From a virus (taxonomy: Duplodnaviria > Caudoviricetes): 64,000 nt of DNA. Under the pieces are notes generated by a model, which was given only the letters and a program-made list of their open reading frames with translations, was not told where the DNA came from and did no database searches. The stretch spans positions 1 to 64,000 of the IMG/VR virus record IMGVR_UViG_3300037634_006988, one strand, 5' to 3'. The position numbers and the translations under genes were made by a program. Every line of letters begins with the position of its first letter. Positions within the stretch are counted from its first letter, which is position 1. Of the stretch, positions 25,277 through 39,000 are shown piece after piece.

Positions 25277-28200
25277 CTCCTCCCTTTCCTCGACCAGGCT
25301 TCATTAAGCCCACATCACGTCCAGGTTGTTTGGTTGTGGTTGGGCCTGTCATTCCTTGAACTTCTGCCGGTGGTCTACCAGGATCAAATGGTGGCTTAGA
25401 CAAATTTGGTTTTACCATAAGGTTGGACATAATGTCGTCTACATCCCAGTTGGATGTAACTGCATCAAGCATGGGGCCGGTGGGAACAACACCTGGAATA
25501 TCTTCGGCACTCGTGGTGGGGTCTAAAGTTGAAGTCGTAGTCAAATCTGGTCCCCGTGCCGTTGTTGGACCTTTGGGTTTAATATTTGGTGGCGATAAAA
25601 CGGGTTTGCGAGGACTTTCTTCTGTTCCACCACCACCAGTATTTAAAATAAAATATTCATCATATGTGGGCAAATCTGAACCCGGGTGTCTTTTTATTTT
25701 AAGTGTTCCGTTTTCCCACGGTCTTATTCTACATAAAAGATTTTTATGACTCATAGTATTATATGCCGCTCGGTTTAATGTTTTCCACACTGGCAAACCT
25801 GTTGAAAACTCTTCATTATTGCCATATTTTGTTTTTTCATAATGATCCAAATATTGAATTTCTCCGATTGTTTCAAATAATATACGTGCCTTTGGACTTA
25901 AGTGTGCGTTTTCAAAAGGCTCTTTATCTAAGAAATCTGACATCGCGGTTCTTAATGACCCACCGCCAACACCTGGAACTTGTCCGCCCATAGACGAATG
26001 ACTAATCAATGCTTTAACTGGGTTCGGCAAATTATTAATCACGTCAACCGGCTCGGCCTTATAAAAACCATTTGGATTAGTTGGACTATAATAGTCTACG
26101 CTCTTTTGACTTGAACCTTCTGGTAATTGAACGCCTGCACGATTTCCGTCGCTTACAACTCCATTAGAAATCAAATCCCAAAAAATATTAAACGCTTTTC
26201 GATTTTCTCCCGTTTGTGCGTTAGAACCTTTTGTATAATCTTCATTTGGTGTAGAGCTAAAATCCGAAACAGGAATATCACCAGGGTCAACAAAATCTGT
26301 TTGGGGTGACGGGCTTGGGACCGCAGTAAGATTATAATTGTATGAAAGAAAATCTGCCACTTTTTCTTGCAAAGAATCTGTAGAAAGAAACGAAGTGGCG
26401 CGTGTCCACGCAGTTATTGAGGACGCCATTGAGTTCATAAATGTGCGACTATCAAAATGTGGCATATGAAGTTCGTTATGACCAACTAGAGGTAATGACG
26501 TACCTTCTGAATAAACAACGGCTGGCGTCAAATATGAAAAATCAGTCACTTGTAATCGATCATCGGGAGTTATGTTTGCAAACCCACTCATATCAAGATG
26601 GGCATTTTCGCTGGTAAATATTTTTAATAATTCTTTTCGAATAATGTGTTTAAAGGTTGTATCTCCAATCATACGAATTCCTGAAGATTCTGGAATGCGA
26701 GGGAAACCCGTATAATCTGCGCCCAAAAAATCAAATCCCGTGTCGGTCGGCATATTTCCATCATAATAATCTGAAAAAGTATGATCAATTTTAAAAATCT
26801 TAGCGCTTGGTTTGCCACCACTTTCAACATCTATTTGAAAAGTCGTGGAAGATTGGCCAGTTGCGTTTACACTATCTTCAACTTTTGGAAATTTGGACGG
26901 TTTTTCTTTCTGAATTCCAATCGCCCGGTCCATAAAAGATAATAAATTTTCATAAAGATTTATAAGAACCATACAACCTTGAGGATTTCCTGAAGTGGGG
27001 CTAATAAATTCATTCAACATTTTTACCCACCCTTTGCCTTGTTTGACTGACACAGGCGTAAACATTTTTAACACATCAATATATTGTTCTGCGGCCTGAT
27101 ATGGCGGATTATTTCCATTCTCACTTATTGCAAAAGCTTGCGTAAATCGATTAGTGGTTGGATTAAAATATGCTTCTTGGGGTGAACCAGTGGCAAACTT
27201 ATTTCCTGTTTGCGTACCTGCATTATAATATTTTTTGAGGCCTCCTAACTCCAACATCAATTCAGATCTCTTTTCAATTAAAAGATCAACAATATTATCT
27301 TGTATTTCTAACTCAACCATATATTGGTAATAGCCGTCAGTTTGTTCTGAGATGCGTCCGTCTGTACCACTGTAATATAAAATGCCCCCCCCCGTCTTGT
27401 CTTCAATGCCACTCAATTGACGAATTGACGAAGCTCCGTCCATCGACGCGCCTCCTGAACCTTGAAAAGTATATTCGTTCCCATTCCAAGTCTCGCCCGC
27501 ATTTATTATCAACTCTTCAGATGGGTCATAAGATACCTTTTTTGATTCTCCCGTTAATGTTACTGTTCTGCTTATTCCTAATGTTTTGCCCAAATTAGCA
27601 GTTGCAGTAAATAATGGAGGTAATGAGCGCTGATTTCTCAACAAACCATTATCAAACTTTTTCAACTTAGGGGTTGGCTCAAACTTGTGATCTCCCGGAA
27701 AATAATATGGACTTGTCCCAACTTCTGAACTTCCTACAACACGCTTTCTATATATTTTCATCGAAAGAATACGAACCCTTAACAACGCTTCTTTTAGCCA
27801 CCAAGGATTAGTGGTTGATTCTGCTACAAAAAGTTTTGAATAGGGAGTATTTTCTCTCACCAATTTCCTCAAGTCAAGTCCAAAGAAAAATCTGCAATTA
27901 TTGTCTTGATCTCGTGATAGATGAATATCAGTAAAATAAGAAAATTTTGTATCCTTTATAATATTTCTTCGATTGTTATTAACTGCGCGTAAGAGATCAT
28001 TCTCCAACATACTAAAATTAAGCTCTAATTTATCAAGTCTTTCCTTAATTCTAAAATCTTGAATTTTTGAATTTGTAACAGTTTGTCTAAAAAGATAAGG
28101 TTGTTCACCTCTTGTTGCGTTTGGGTCGTGTGATTCACCACCCATATATCCTGTATATCCCCCCATTGTACCGTAGTGATAGGGTCCAGTCCACAATTTA

Positions 28201-28973
28201 TCAGTTTTAGTTAAACCTGCATCAGTTTTTTCACCTTCAAAAAAAACAAAACCATCCAAGACTAATTCACTATTTCTAAAAACTAAATCTGAATTCATTT
28301 TTCCAACTAGGGGAAAATCATATTCATCATCATTAAGAATTGAATTAGAATCAAACTGCCAGGATTCGGCTAAACTCTCTATATCAAAACTAGCCCACAC
28401 AAAATAAGCTAAACTTTCAGGATTGGGTGGCAACTGAAAAGGAGGCGACCATTCTGATTCATTCGTATTTATTGTAAGACCCATACTTTTAATGGCATTC
28501 CCATTTCCATCAAATTCTGTTAATTGATTTGCTATTGGTTTGCCGTTATCAAAATTAGAAAGTGAAAATGACCACGCTGATGCCCCAGGACCAACATCAA
28601 TAGAGCCCTCTACTCCATGTCTTGAGCCAGCCGCCATAGCCCTCGACCAAGTTTGTGTGGCTTCTGGTGTTGTGGTTTGGATAACATGAATCCTTATATA
28701 ATTTTTTAAAGTGAGATTAGTAGGACCCAAAGTTCCAACAGAAAACCATTGAGATATATTTCCGGCACCCAACACATCCTTAACTGTAAGGACTAATTCG
28801 ACTGTAAGATTTTCATTACCGGCTGTTTTCTTGCCTTCACCCTCATAATCAATATGAGGATTTATTTCATTGCGAGTAACACCGGCTTGATTTGAGAGAG
28901 TAATCTTACTAATATAAACAGTGGGCAAAAATTGTCCAACTGTTTGTTCTGGATTTATTACATAATTCGGCAT
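25257..28973 (-). CDS. large hypothetical protein (1238 aa), probably structural
   Basis: Long ORF; Pro/Thr-rich C-terminal tail. Confidence 0.6.
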   Translation of the reverse strand: MPNYVINPEQTVGQFLPTVYISKITLSNQAGVTRNEINPHIDYEGEGKKTAGNENLTVELVLTVKDVLGAGNISQWFSVGTLGPTNLTLKNYIRIHVIQTTTPEATQTWSRAMAAGSRHGVEGSIDVGPGASAWSFSLSNFDNGKPIANQLTEFDGNGNAIKSMGLTINTNESEWSPPFQLPPNPESLAYFVWASFDIESLAESWQFDSNSILNDDEYDFPLVGKMNSDLVFRNSELVLDGFVFFEGEKTDAGLTKTDKLWTGPYHYGTMGGYTGYMGGESHDPNATRGEQPYLFRQTVTNSKIQDFRIKERLDKLELNFSMLENDLLRAVNNNRRNIIKDTKFSYFTDIHLSRDQDNNCRFFFGLDLRKLVRENTPYSKLFVAESTTNPWWLKEALLRVRILSMKIYRKRVVGSSEVGTSPYYFPGDHKFEPTPKLKKFDNGLLRNQRSLPPLFTATANLGKTLGISRTVTLTGESKKVSYDPSEELIINAGETWNGNEYTFQGSGGASMDGASSIRQLSGIEDKTGGGILYYSGTDGRISEQTDGYYQYMVELEIQDNIVDLLIEKRSELMLELGGLKKYYNAGTQTGNKFATGSPQEAYFNPTTNRFTQAFAISENGNNPPYQAAEQYIDVLKMFTPVSVKQGKGWVKMLNEFISPTSGNPQGCMVLINLYENLLSFMDRAIGIQKEKPSKFPKVEDSVNATGQSSTTFQIDVESGGKPSAKIFKIDHTFSDYYDGNMPTDTGFDFLGADYTGFPRIPESSGIRMIGDTTFKHIIRKELLKIFTSENAHLDMSGFANITPDDRLQVTDFSYLTPAVVYSEGTSLPLVGHNELHMPHFDSRTFMNSMASSITAWTRATSFLSTDSLQEKVADFLSYNYNLTAVPSPSPQTDFVDPGDIPVSDFSSTPNEDYTKGSNAQTGENRKAFNIFWDLISNGVVSDGNRAGVQLPEGSSQKSVDYYSPTNPNGFYKAEPVDVINNLPNPVKALISHSSMGGQVPGVGGGSLRTAMSDFLDKEPFENAHLSPKARILFETIGEIQYLDHYEKTKYGNNEEFSTGLPVWKTLNRAAYNTMSHKNLLCRIRPWENGTLKIKRHPGSDLPTYDEYFILNTGGGGTEESPRKPVLSPPNIKPKGPTTARGPDLTTTSTLDPTTSAEDIPGVVPTGPMLDAVTSNWDVDDIMSNLMVKPNLSKPPFDPGRPPAEVQGMTGPTTTKQPGRDVGLMKPGRGKGGGGYSGT

Positions 28974-30028
28974 TAGCAGTCCTTCAGATCATCTTCGCTT
29001 ATATCTGTACTATAAATATTACGTGCATCAATTTCTGCTTTCTTATCGGCCTCATCACAATCCAAAAAGCGTGTTGAATAAATGCCCAGAGTCCGATCTG
29101 TCGCATGTTTGCATAAAATGTCCTTATCAATCTCATTGTCTATATCAATTTCAAGAAAATATTCCACATAACGAGAATCAAGATCGAAATCTCCCATTCC
29201 AGCTATATCAATCTCGTCCAAATAAGATTCTTTATCTAATAATATACCATCCTTAATTTTTGGAGGATACTTAACAAAATAGAGAGGAGTCATGACTTCG
29301 CGAGTTCCGCCTTTGCCATTGCAAACCTTTTCTTCTTCAATTTCATAAACTTCGATTTCGTAACCCTCTTTTTCAAATTCTATATTTTCTTCCCCAAAAT
29401 CTAATAATATACCCTCTTTGTCTGCAAAAACATCAATGTATTCATTACCATAAACATCTGAATCTTTATCTTCAATAATTTCACCAGCAACTTCTTTTTT
29501 AATGGCTGTTTGATATAAAACATTTTCAACCGTAATTTGCGGAACGTGAATTGCACTTCCAGTTTCTTCTTTTGTCCAAGACGTTGTTTGAGCTGAACTG
29601 CTAATAGACCCTATTAAAAGATTAACATTCCAAGATGGGGCATATGTGGAATTAAGATCGGAGGTCCCAATCATACTTTGAAGAGCATATTGTTTATCTG
29701 TTATGGTTTCTGGAGGTCTTAAATCTAAATCTTCAAAATATCTTTTTTCCCATTCATATTCTGAACGAATTAATTTATTTGCTTTCCTTACTTGAGATTC
29801 TACACCTCGGAAATTATATTGACCTTCCAATTGTGGAGTGTCTGTTTTTATGCGTTTTTGTATGTCTTTTTGATCCTGTGGTCCATAGGCATAGTTGGAG
29901 TCATATAGGATGCCATCGTCGTAAAAAGCGTAATAAACTGGCTTAAATTTGCCATTGGAAAGCAAATATTTGCCATATGGTGTTAACTGAACATCGATTA
30001 CCTGCTCTTGTTTGTTAAAAAATTTCAT
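28973..30028 (-). CDS. virion structural protein, N-terminus related to 21425..22384
   Basis: VIDVQLTPYGKYLLSNGKFKPVYYAFYDDGILYD aligns by eye with IILDAVLTDAGRYRLAQGNGSFKITKFALGDDEIDY. Confidence 0.6.
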   Translation of the reverse strand: MKFFNKQEQVIDVQLTPYGKYLLSNGKFKPVYYAFYDDGILYDSNYAYGPQDQKDIQKRIKTDTPQLEGQYNFRGVESQVRKANKLIRSEYEWEKRYFEDLDLRPPETITDKQYALQSMIGTSDLNSTYAPSWNVNLLIGSISSSAQTTSWTKEETGSAIHVPQITVENVLYQTAIKKEVAGEIIEDKDSDVYGNEYIDVFADKEGILLDFGEENIEFEKEGYEIEVYEIEEEKVCNGKGGTREVMTPLYFVKYPPKIKDGILLDKESYLDEIDIAGMGDFDLDSRYVEYFLEIDIDNEIDKDILCKHATDRTLGIYSTRFLDCDEADKKAEIDARNIYSTDISEDDLKDC

Positions 30029-33000
30029 TAGCTAGTTCCTCCACCAGTATAACCCGGACCTCTTGCTATAGTCGCTGCCGTGGTTTGGCGTGCTGTTTGT
30101 CCTTGTCCTGCCGCAGGTTCAACTTCTTCAGCGGCTGTGGCTGGTCTCTTTTCGGTGGGTGCAGCCTCTTGTAGTGGTCCCGCTATTTGTGGTTCCCCAG
30201 CGTAACTTCCAATTGTTTCTACTTGCGCGAGTTCCACTAAAGAAAAATGGTCATAAGGCCAATTATAACTATATTCTAATCCCACTGGATTAATATAATT
30301 TGACTCTTTAAGCATTGATTGTATGCCGAAACCTCTCGTCTCAGTCTGCGGTGTCGTTGCCCAATAATTTATGTGTGCCTTTTTCTTTACCTTAAACACC
30401 ATCCATCTTATATCTTCAGATGGTGGAAGTTTTTTGCCACCAAAAAATTCATTTATTCCTGTTGAGTGTGAAAAACTTGATTCATCTAATTCCGCTGTTG
30501 TTGAAATTTTTGGCATTAATCCTTGCCATATATCAACCAAATCTTGTCTATCAAGTTCATGTTCAAACTCTATCATATACATTGCAAATGGTTCAATTGT
30601 GATATTTTTCATAAAATCTAATTCAGGTGGAAGAATGTATTTATCCATTAATCCTCGCAATTTGCTAATAGAGGTATTTTTTTTGGGATTTTGAAAATTT
30701 CTTCTAGCTGCTGGTTTATGCACCCCAAGCGAGAAAAACCACTTACCCATAATTTGTTTCGACGTAGTTCTGGCCAAGTCTGAATTGCGCCCAAACTGTT
30801 TGGTGCTAAACGGTATTGCCACAACTGCTTCAGAAATTGTTTTTGTGTCCGCAATTTGTCCGATTTGTCGTGTTAAACTAGTTTCATCAATCGGCAATCG
30901 CGATGGCCCCCCTTCGAAAATCGAAGAGTCAATAGTTGCACCGGCCGCTGTAGTTGGTGCTTTTTGGAACCATTGTGTCATGTCTTCTACATCTTGTCGA
31001 TTTAGAAATTCATTTGGTACTCGTTCAATTCCAAAAAAGATTCCCTTATTGTTTATAGGAACTTCGCCGTAGCCGCTCCACATTCCACGTCCATATCCTT
31101 GTTCTGGTGTTTGTGAAGATGAAAAATCTAAAACAGGAGTTTCCATGTGAGGTGAGATAACCCACCGATTTAAAGCTTGATCTGATGGATTTTCAACCTT
31201 TAAACCTTTGAGTTCCAAAGAAGCTGTAACATCCATCATTTGTTGAAATGCTGGAGAAGTTATATAGTTGGCCTTAACCATACCATATCTTGTCCAAGCT
31301 TCAGCTCGCGGGTCGTTGGCCCCCTTAAAACTCATAGTCATATTATTAAATATCCTTCTAAGATTGGGACCATTCCCAGCACCAGGATTTTGTTCATCTT
31401 CAACAGAGCCTGTATATATTAATCTTACTCGTGCTTTTCCGTAGAAATACGGGGGAGTTACAGGAGCAAAGGCTGGATCACCATCTCTAAATGCTTTAGC
31501 GCCCGAATACCATGCATTGTTAGTTGGCGATGCATTTGTCTGAAAGGCATACCATTTCGGACCAAAATATTTTCCGTTGTATGAGCCAGTTACTCCAGCA
31601 CCACCCGCACCCCACACTGTACCATAATCCCCCACTAAACTTGCCGACACATAACCATTATAATAATCTTGAATCATGATTAATTCATTATTTGGAGCAG
31701 TATTTGTTTTTTCAATATAAACATCCATTACATAAACTTTACCTGCCAAAATTTTAACACTTCCTTGTGGCAATGATTCAATATATTGAAGGCTTTGATT
31801 TTTTAAGAAAAAATTTGGAATCTCGGCCAAATAATTATGCATTGCACTTCTATACAGATTAGTAACAGATTTTGGGGGTGGCCCAGAAGATGAAAATGTT
31901 GCAAACGGTATTCTACCGGGTTCCGACCCAATCAGTGCGGAATGATTTATATTATAATATGAAGGTGCATTAAATATTAATCTGTGTGAATCTTTTTCTG
32001 CTTGCCCTTCGGCAGCAGGCTTCCATGCTGGTGTATAATCTAGAGGATCCAATAAAGACTTAAAAGGAAACCGAGTGGTTGCTGTGCCTGTAATTTGCTG
32101 GTATCCCCACTCTCCATAGCCAATAGTATTTAATCCAATACTACCTGTAAAAACCGGCCAATCAACAGCAACCCCAGATTTAATTGTATTGTATAAAATT
32201 CCCGGCGCGAACCACGGCTGCAATAACGTTTGCAAAGCTAATTGTTGAGAGCCAGATTGAACCCTGGGATCAGCATTTGTTGGCACACCAGCCGACCACG
32301 TTAAAGCTCCACCAGTAACATATTGACCTAAAGCGCCGGAAAATAAACTAACCAATTGAGTTGATCGGTCAGATGGATAAAAACCCTTATATGGCAATAA
32401 TTTTTTAACAGCGGTGCATTTTAAGGTAATTTGTTCTAGTTTATTGTTTTCTGCAAATGTTCCAAAATATTTTTGGAAATCTGAAAATGAATATTCTTTA
32501 AAAAAGTTTCTATCAAAATTTCGTATGTTTGTGTTTGATGGAGTTGCATCACCAACATCGGCACTTTGTGTGATATTGCCACCATTTAATAATAAAAACT
32601 TATCATTTTTTGCAAAAAAACTATCTTTTGTTTCTGTATAATATTCCATATTATCCGAAATTCGAAATTCTGGTAAAACTGTCCACGCTTTTGAAAGTCC
32701 TCGAATATCTTCAGCATAATCTTCATAAGAATCAAACCACGGATTTTTTCCAGAATCTCTCGCAGCTGTCCATTTCATTCCCTTACAAAATTCAGCAGAG
32801 GCTGTCTGTGGAGCATCTCCCGCGATATAGCCATATATATCACTACAAGCTGCTGCATTACAATATAATTCATATCCATAATATGGAAGCCAATAATAAA
32901 AAGCTGATGCGGACGGTTTGATATAAAAGTTATGACTCCATGCATTTTCTAATATTGATCCTGTTACTCCCCCACACAAACCGCCAAGTTTATAAATATT

Positions 33001-36000
33001 GATTGAATTAAGTTCGCCCGTATCTTGACCATTATTGTTCGCATAATTGGAAGAAGCAGACAAAGTGCCAACATCCAATCCAACTGCTGGGTCTGGTGAG
33101 CCACTCGGCGGATACCATACTAATGGTTCCTCCCCAAAACACCATACGCTTCTTGCTTGACCATCTTGATTTCCGCAAGAATTGGAAATTGTAGTTTGAA
33201 AACGAGCATACGCTTTTGCTGGGGCAATCGCGGCAGCTGGTCCGAGATCCGGAGCAACATACCTGTTTCGATTATAATCTGCATTTCTCCACAGTGTTCG
33301 CCTCTGATCCGGGTTGCGATCAATTCCATTGCTTCCCAAAGATAATGAAGCTGTTGGAGGAAACGCAGAATTTACTGAGGCAGTTTCTGCATATTTTGTT
33401 CTTCCGCGAGTTTCTGCAAGTCCTGTGTTGGCTCCGCGTGGATAAATAACTTCTGGATATATTAAGTTTTGGAATGCTGCCTGATAATCAGAAGCTCCTC
33501 TTAATTTATCATAAATTTGTATATCAGATTTATAATTTACTCCACCAAGATATTCAGCAATAGACAGTTCTCGTTGATTAAGGGGCAGCCATCTTTGGGT
33601 CCAAAGACATTTATTGTTTCCATAAGAATGCCTTAAGCTAATTTTAGGATTTTGAAGGCGACTTGTGAGCGCACGGTATTTAAAAGTAACTGGCGGCTCA
33701 ACAAAGTTTTTAATATTGTTTGGTCCTGTCCGAGGATCAAAATAGGTTGCAGGCCTATTTGTTCCTGAACCATGAAGAACTGTCACAACTCCGCGTTTGG
33801 ACCCAACAGAAAGGATATTATTATTCTTGTGATACCGCGCAATCGGTGTTTCGCCAGTTCTAATTTGTTTCCAAGTTGGATGTTGATATGGACCATTGCG
33901 ATGAAGATTCAATGAATTGAGCACGGTTCCAGAATTAGCGGGCAATGAGGCAACTTGTCCGCGATAAGCCCCCAAACGAGCGTCCAATGGATAACCCAAA
34001 AGATTTGTTGAGGAAGTAAGAGGTTCATAAATTAATGAATTTAATCCCACAAAATCAGCACTAATTCCAAGTGCGCCTGTAACACTCGCACTAATAAATG
34101 GAATTGCCGATTGTGTTATTGAAGTTGTGCCAGATGGGACCGAAAACGGAACAATTCCACCCCAATCATGTGCGCCAATATGCCCCAACATATTACATGC
34201 AGATTTAGAAACTGACGAAGTTATCCACGCATATTGAAAATCGCTTTGAGGAATCGGGTGTTGAATATACCAATTATCATAATTTATGCTGCAAGTTGAA
34301 GCTCCATCCGCAGGAACTTTCCAAGGATTTCTATTAACCTTGTGATATGATGCAATCACACCATCATATGAATATGCATTAACTGTGTGTTCTGCTGGAG
34401 TTGTGCCATCTCCTGGGCTTCCTGTTGGATCAATTCCAAATTGTCCACAATGCTCTGTTAACCAACTATCTAATGCTTCACGTACAATCAGATTTCGATA
34501 ATTTAATTCATTGTAAACAGAATATTCTTCTGCATTAACATCCATTGCACCACGAGGACTAACCTCGGGTCCACCAGGAGCATTAAATCTTTCAACAAAA
34601 ATAGATTTATTTGTGCCCGTTAAATCAAATCTTGGAAGAGCATAATCAATTGCACCACTAAAAATGCCAGTGTCAGATGATGTGGGAGAGAAACCACCAT
34701 TCTTTACAAAAAACCTATTATTTAATCTGCGACCAGATGTTTGAAGAATTTGATAACCAGTGGTATAATTGCCCACAACTGCCGACGATGTTCCCCATTT
34801 AATATTACGAATGTTTAGTGGTCGTTTTGCGTATTCATCGCGAATCATTGTTGCACGAGGTTGATCAACACCTCTTTGAGAAATGGTTAAAACATTAGAT
34901 GCAAATGATAAATCCCACGCTTCGGGCCTGGTGTCGGTCGTGTCAGTCGATGCTGAATTAATATTTATATGACGATGCTGTCTTCCTCCAACATGCGCGT
35001 CAGTAAACGGACCTTGAACTGGAACTCCTTTATCATCTCCATAAACATCATCATGATAATTGTCAACTTCTGTTTTAGCTCTAAAATTTGTTGAAACATC
35101 GGCCACATAACCAGTTGTAACAGAGGAACTATACAAACTAAATGGGGCAAATATCTCACTTTTGCCGCTTGTATAACCATAAGGGTTTGTAGAATTAGCA
35201 ACTTTAGCTTCTAATCGATCTTTAGAATTGGGAATAATGACATCATCACAGCCAATTTCAGCAGGAATGCTGGAAGCAGCAATATCTAATTGTTCGGATG
35301 AACCAAACTTAAGTGCTTCGTGAGTATATTCCACTGTTTTGGCTCTTGGAAAATTAGAACCGCCATGAATTTCTAAAGACTCATCAACAGCCAATCTATA
35401 AATCTTTGTAAAATTCCTTAAAGCATATGCTTGGCCTTCATAAGTTGTTGTAGTTGCGGTTGAGTTTCTTGAAACCGCCAAAGTTGGTCCACTTCCACTA
35501 CGGAAATCATCCGATAATCGAACATCGTCACGTTGACTATCGACGGTTGAATCGCCAGAAGTAATATTAGAGTTGTCTCTATTGGCACGTCGCAGCCACC
35601 ATTCGCAATTTGATCCAGTAGCAGTTGTAGGAATTGGCGCAATTCCACGCTTTCCTGAATAAAGCATTTCATTGATACCAAAAACACCAGCTTCTGGATC
35701 AGACTGCTTCATCTCCAAAGTAGGAAATTTAGACCAATATTTATTTCTTTCAAGAACGTGACTTTCAACCATAGTTCGCAAGTTTTCAGAAAAACGTGCA
35801 GAACCAGGCACAAGTTGTTGCAACATCACAGACAACGCCGAGTCTAACCATTTAAAATATTCAACAAATTTGTCGAGATCAATTGTGTTTTGAACTCTTT
35901 CAAAATAAAGTTGACGCAACTTTTGCATACTTTTATATTCTTGGCGATAACGATTGACTGGCTCACCAATAAGATTATTAAAATCAACAATCGTTCCAAA

Positions 36001-39000
36001 AATATCGAGCATTTCTTTAGTGATAATATTATACATGCTCTTTTCAAAAGCAAAATAATATTGTTCAGGTCGAGAATCTTTAACAAATATACTATTTTTA
36101 TCCTCATCAATGAGGGAAATCATATCTGTACTGTTAATAACTTCTGGTGGTTGCTGCAATAAAGTATGCACGTATCGCTCGTCAACAGAACTGCTAGCAT
36201 TTGCGCCAAAACCAAAACCATAGCCAGTATGTTGATATTGACCGATTGGGCCGAGCCAACCCCATCTTCCCGTATAATCGTTAGAACCAGAAGAAGCGAT
36301 TGAAGTATCTTGAACTGTGAAATTCCCGCCAGAATCAGATGCAGAAACAGTAGCGAAATCCCAATTTAAAATCAAGGTTTCTAGTTGAGGAATTGATTTA
36401 ACAGCTTTGCTTCCAAGATTTGCGCCTTGTTCAGTAATGTAGGCGTCTCTATAAGGTTGAGCAGAGCCAAAATTTGTAACATCTTTTGCATGAGCTTGAA
36501 GAACGCTGCTTGTAAGATAGTCCATCCATACTCGCAAAGATGAAGCCTTAATATTACTTTGTTGCAGAACTGTTCCAGTTGTGTTTGTTCTGTGAGCGCC
36601 AACAAAAAATCTTTTATTTGCCTTTAAGAAATTTTGAGCGTCTGATGCTGCCATAGATGCCGTAACAGCGAAACTATTATTTAAAACATCAAGAACATAA
36701 TTATAACCTGAAAACTCAACGTCGTATTGACCATTATCACTTCCAGACACGCCAGCCGCCAATGGATATTTTTTGGGTTTAATTCGAACTGCAAAATTCC
36801 ATCGAGTTCCATCATAAACATCTTGAAAAACAGAACTGGTAAGTTTGGGAATAACTCCAAGTCCATCATTACTGCAAGTTAATTGAAAAAAGGCAGCCTT
36901 TCTTCTAATGTCAGTACGAACTGATTGAACTTGAAATTGTCCTGCATCTCCCGCAGAATTGTAAGTTCCCCATGTTGTACCAGGAGATCCAGAAGTGTGG
37001 CAACCAAAAATAGAAGCAGTTACAAAATTAGAGGTAAAATAAACCTCTGTTCCTTTTTCTTTGTCTTTGGGGAAAAACGATTCTAATTCATAAGTGTTTC
37101 CACGATATTGAACTTCTGCGCTTGAGCTAATATAGCCGCGACTATATGAATTTCCGCTAGCCGTTTGCTGAAGAACAACAGCGTTTGTATTTGAGGAGCT
37201 GTGAAAATTGGCATACTTCTTTCGTATTGTGTTCTTCTCATAATTGTCTTGTAATTTGTATGTAACCTGATCACCATACAGACGAATATTAATCAATTCA
37301 CTATCAACACCAAAACATCTTATGAGATTTCTAAAGGACTTCATTGTGCCCTTTGTTTTATAAACATAAACTAAATTGTTATAAACATTCTGATATATTA
37401 AGTTTTTAAGCTCATTAACTTTTTGGGTGAAAAGTTTTTTATTATTGCGAGCATCCAAATATTCTAAATCAGAGGCTTTTGTAAAGATTTCAGATGTTAA
37501 AAATCCTGAAGAATCAATAAATCTATTAGCAAATGGAAATGGCTTATCGCTTCCGCTGATATAATCTTTATTTTTAAGCGAAGTAACAGCTTGAGTTTGC
37601 AAATAAAGAGTGTCAAAATAACTTGACATTATTTGAGTTAAGTTTTTTAAAGTGCCATTAGCATCATTTTGGTCCTCTGAGGTTATCCATTGTGGCAAAG
37701 AATCAAACATTGAAGAATTGTTGGTCGCATCATATAATTTACCAACATTCTTTTTATCGTTTAGAGAACTAGAAACTAGCGGATGAGTTGAATATAAAAT
37801 GGGGTCTGCAAACTCAGAACTGGCAACAGAAGCAGACACGATAGCAGATCCTGTATTACGCGAGGTAATCGTATATCCATTCCATTCACCATTAGTAACA
37901 CGGCCAGCATAATCAATTACAACAGCATCTTTACTATTAACGCTGGAAGTATTAATAATTCCTTCATTAAATTTATAATAGACCCCTAAATCGGCAGGAT
38001 TTTCATAACTATATTTAGTTGAGGCAGAAGTGGCTAATGTAAGATCAGTGTTTGTTCCTCCACCGACTTGAGTAAACCAATGTTGCCCAATTTGAGTTGC
38101 TGTTCGTCTTGTTTTCCAAAATCTAAATTCATCGAGAGAGCCTGATAATTTACCATAACCTTGAACTTCGGAGCCACCAGACACCGGAGCAATAAGAGAG
38201 CCAATTTGACCCAACATCGAGCCGGTTACAGTTCCAATCGTTGTTCCACCAGTGTATGTGTATGTAAGTGCGCCGTTTGTATAAAGGCGACCAACCATTT
38301 GACTGCCAGTATTTGCAAATGTAAGGGCGAAATGATTCCACGAACCAGTTAAGGTGCTTCCACTTAAAATAACAACTGGTGGTTCAGTGTCCGCCGCGCC
38401 CTGCCAAGAAAAACCAGCACTTCCTGATAATAATTCTACTTGAAAGTTTGGATTAAGAACATTGCCTTCTGTTCCAGATATTTCTACTCTAAATCGCCCA
38501 TATCCTGTTGTCCCAAAAGTTCCACTATTCCACACATCAAGAATAACCTGTCGTCTTGATTCAGAAGCTTTATCAAATCCTGGTTTATTAAGCCAAAACT
38601 CAACTGATACGCCTCCGCTTCCTTCTAATTCAAGATTAGATAAACCTTGGCTAGCAGTGTTATAAACATTTAGGTTATCAAACTGCAAAGTAAGTTCTGG
38701 GTTTGTAGTTGAATTTAAAGAGTAACTTGTGTTATGCCCCTTGAAATAAATCCATTCGTTTTTTGTAGCAGAGTCATATCCTTGAGATTGTTGAGCGCTG
38801 AAAGCATACGATTGTCCAAAATTAATATAACCAGTCGTGCGAGGATATTCATTTTCAAAAATATATCGATCAAGATAAGTTCCCGAAAGGCTCCAGTTAA
38901 TTTTTTCTTTTAATGAACCATCATAGGGATATTCATTTAAAACATAGTTGTAAGCATCTTCATAATATTTCTCTGCGGAACCATATATAGCAAAATTTGA

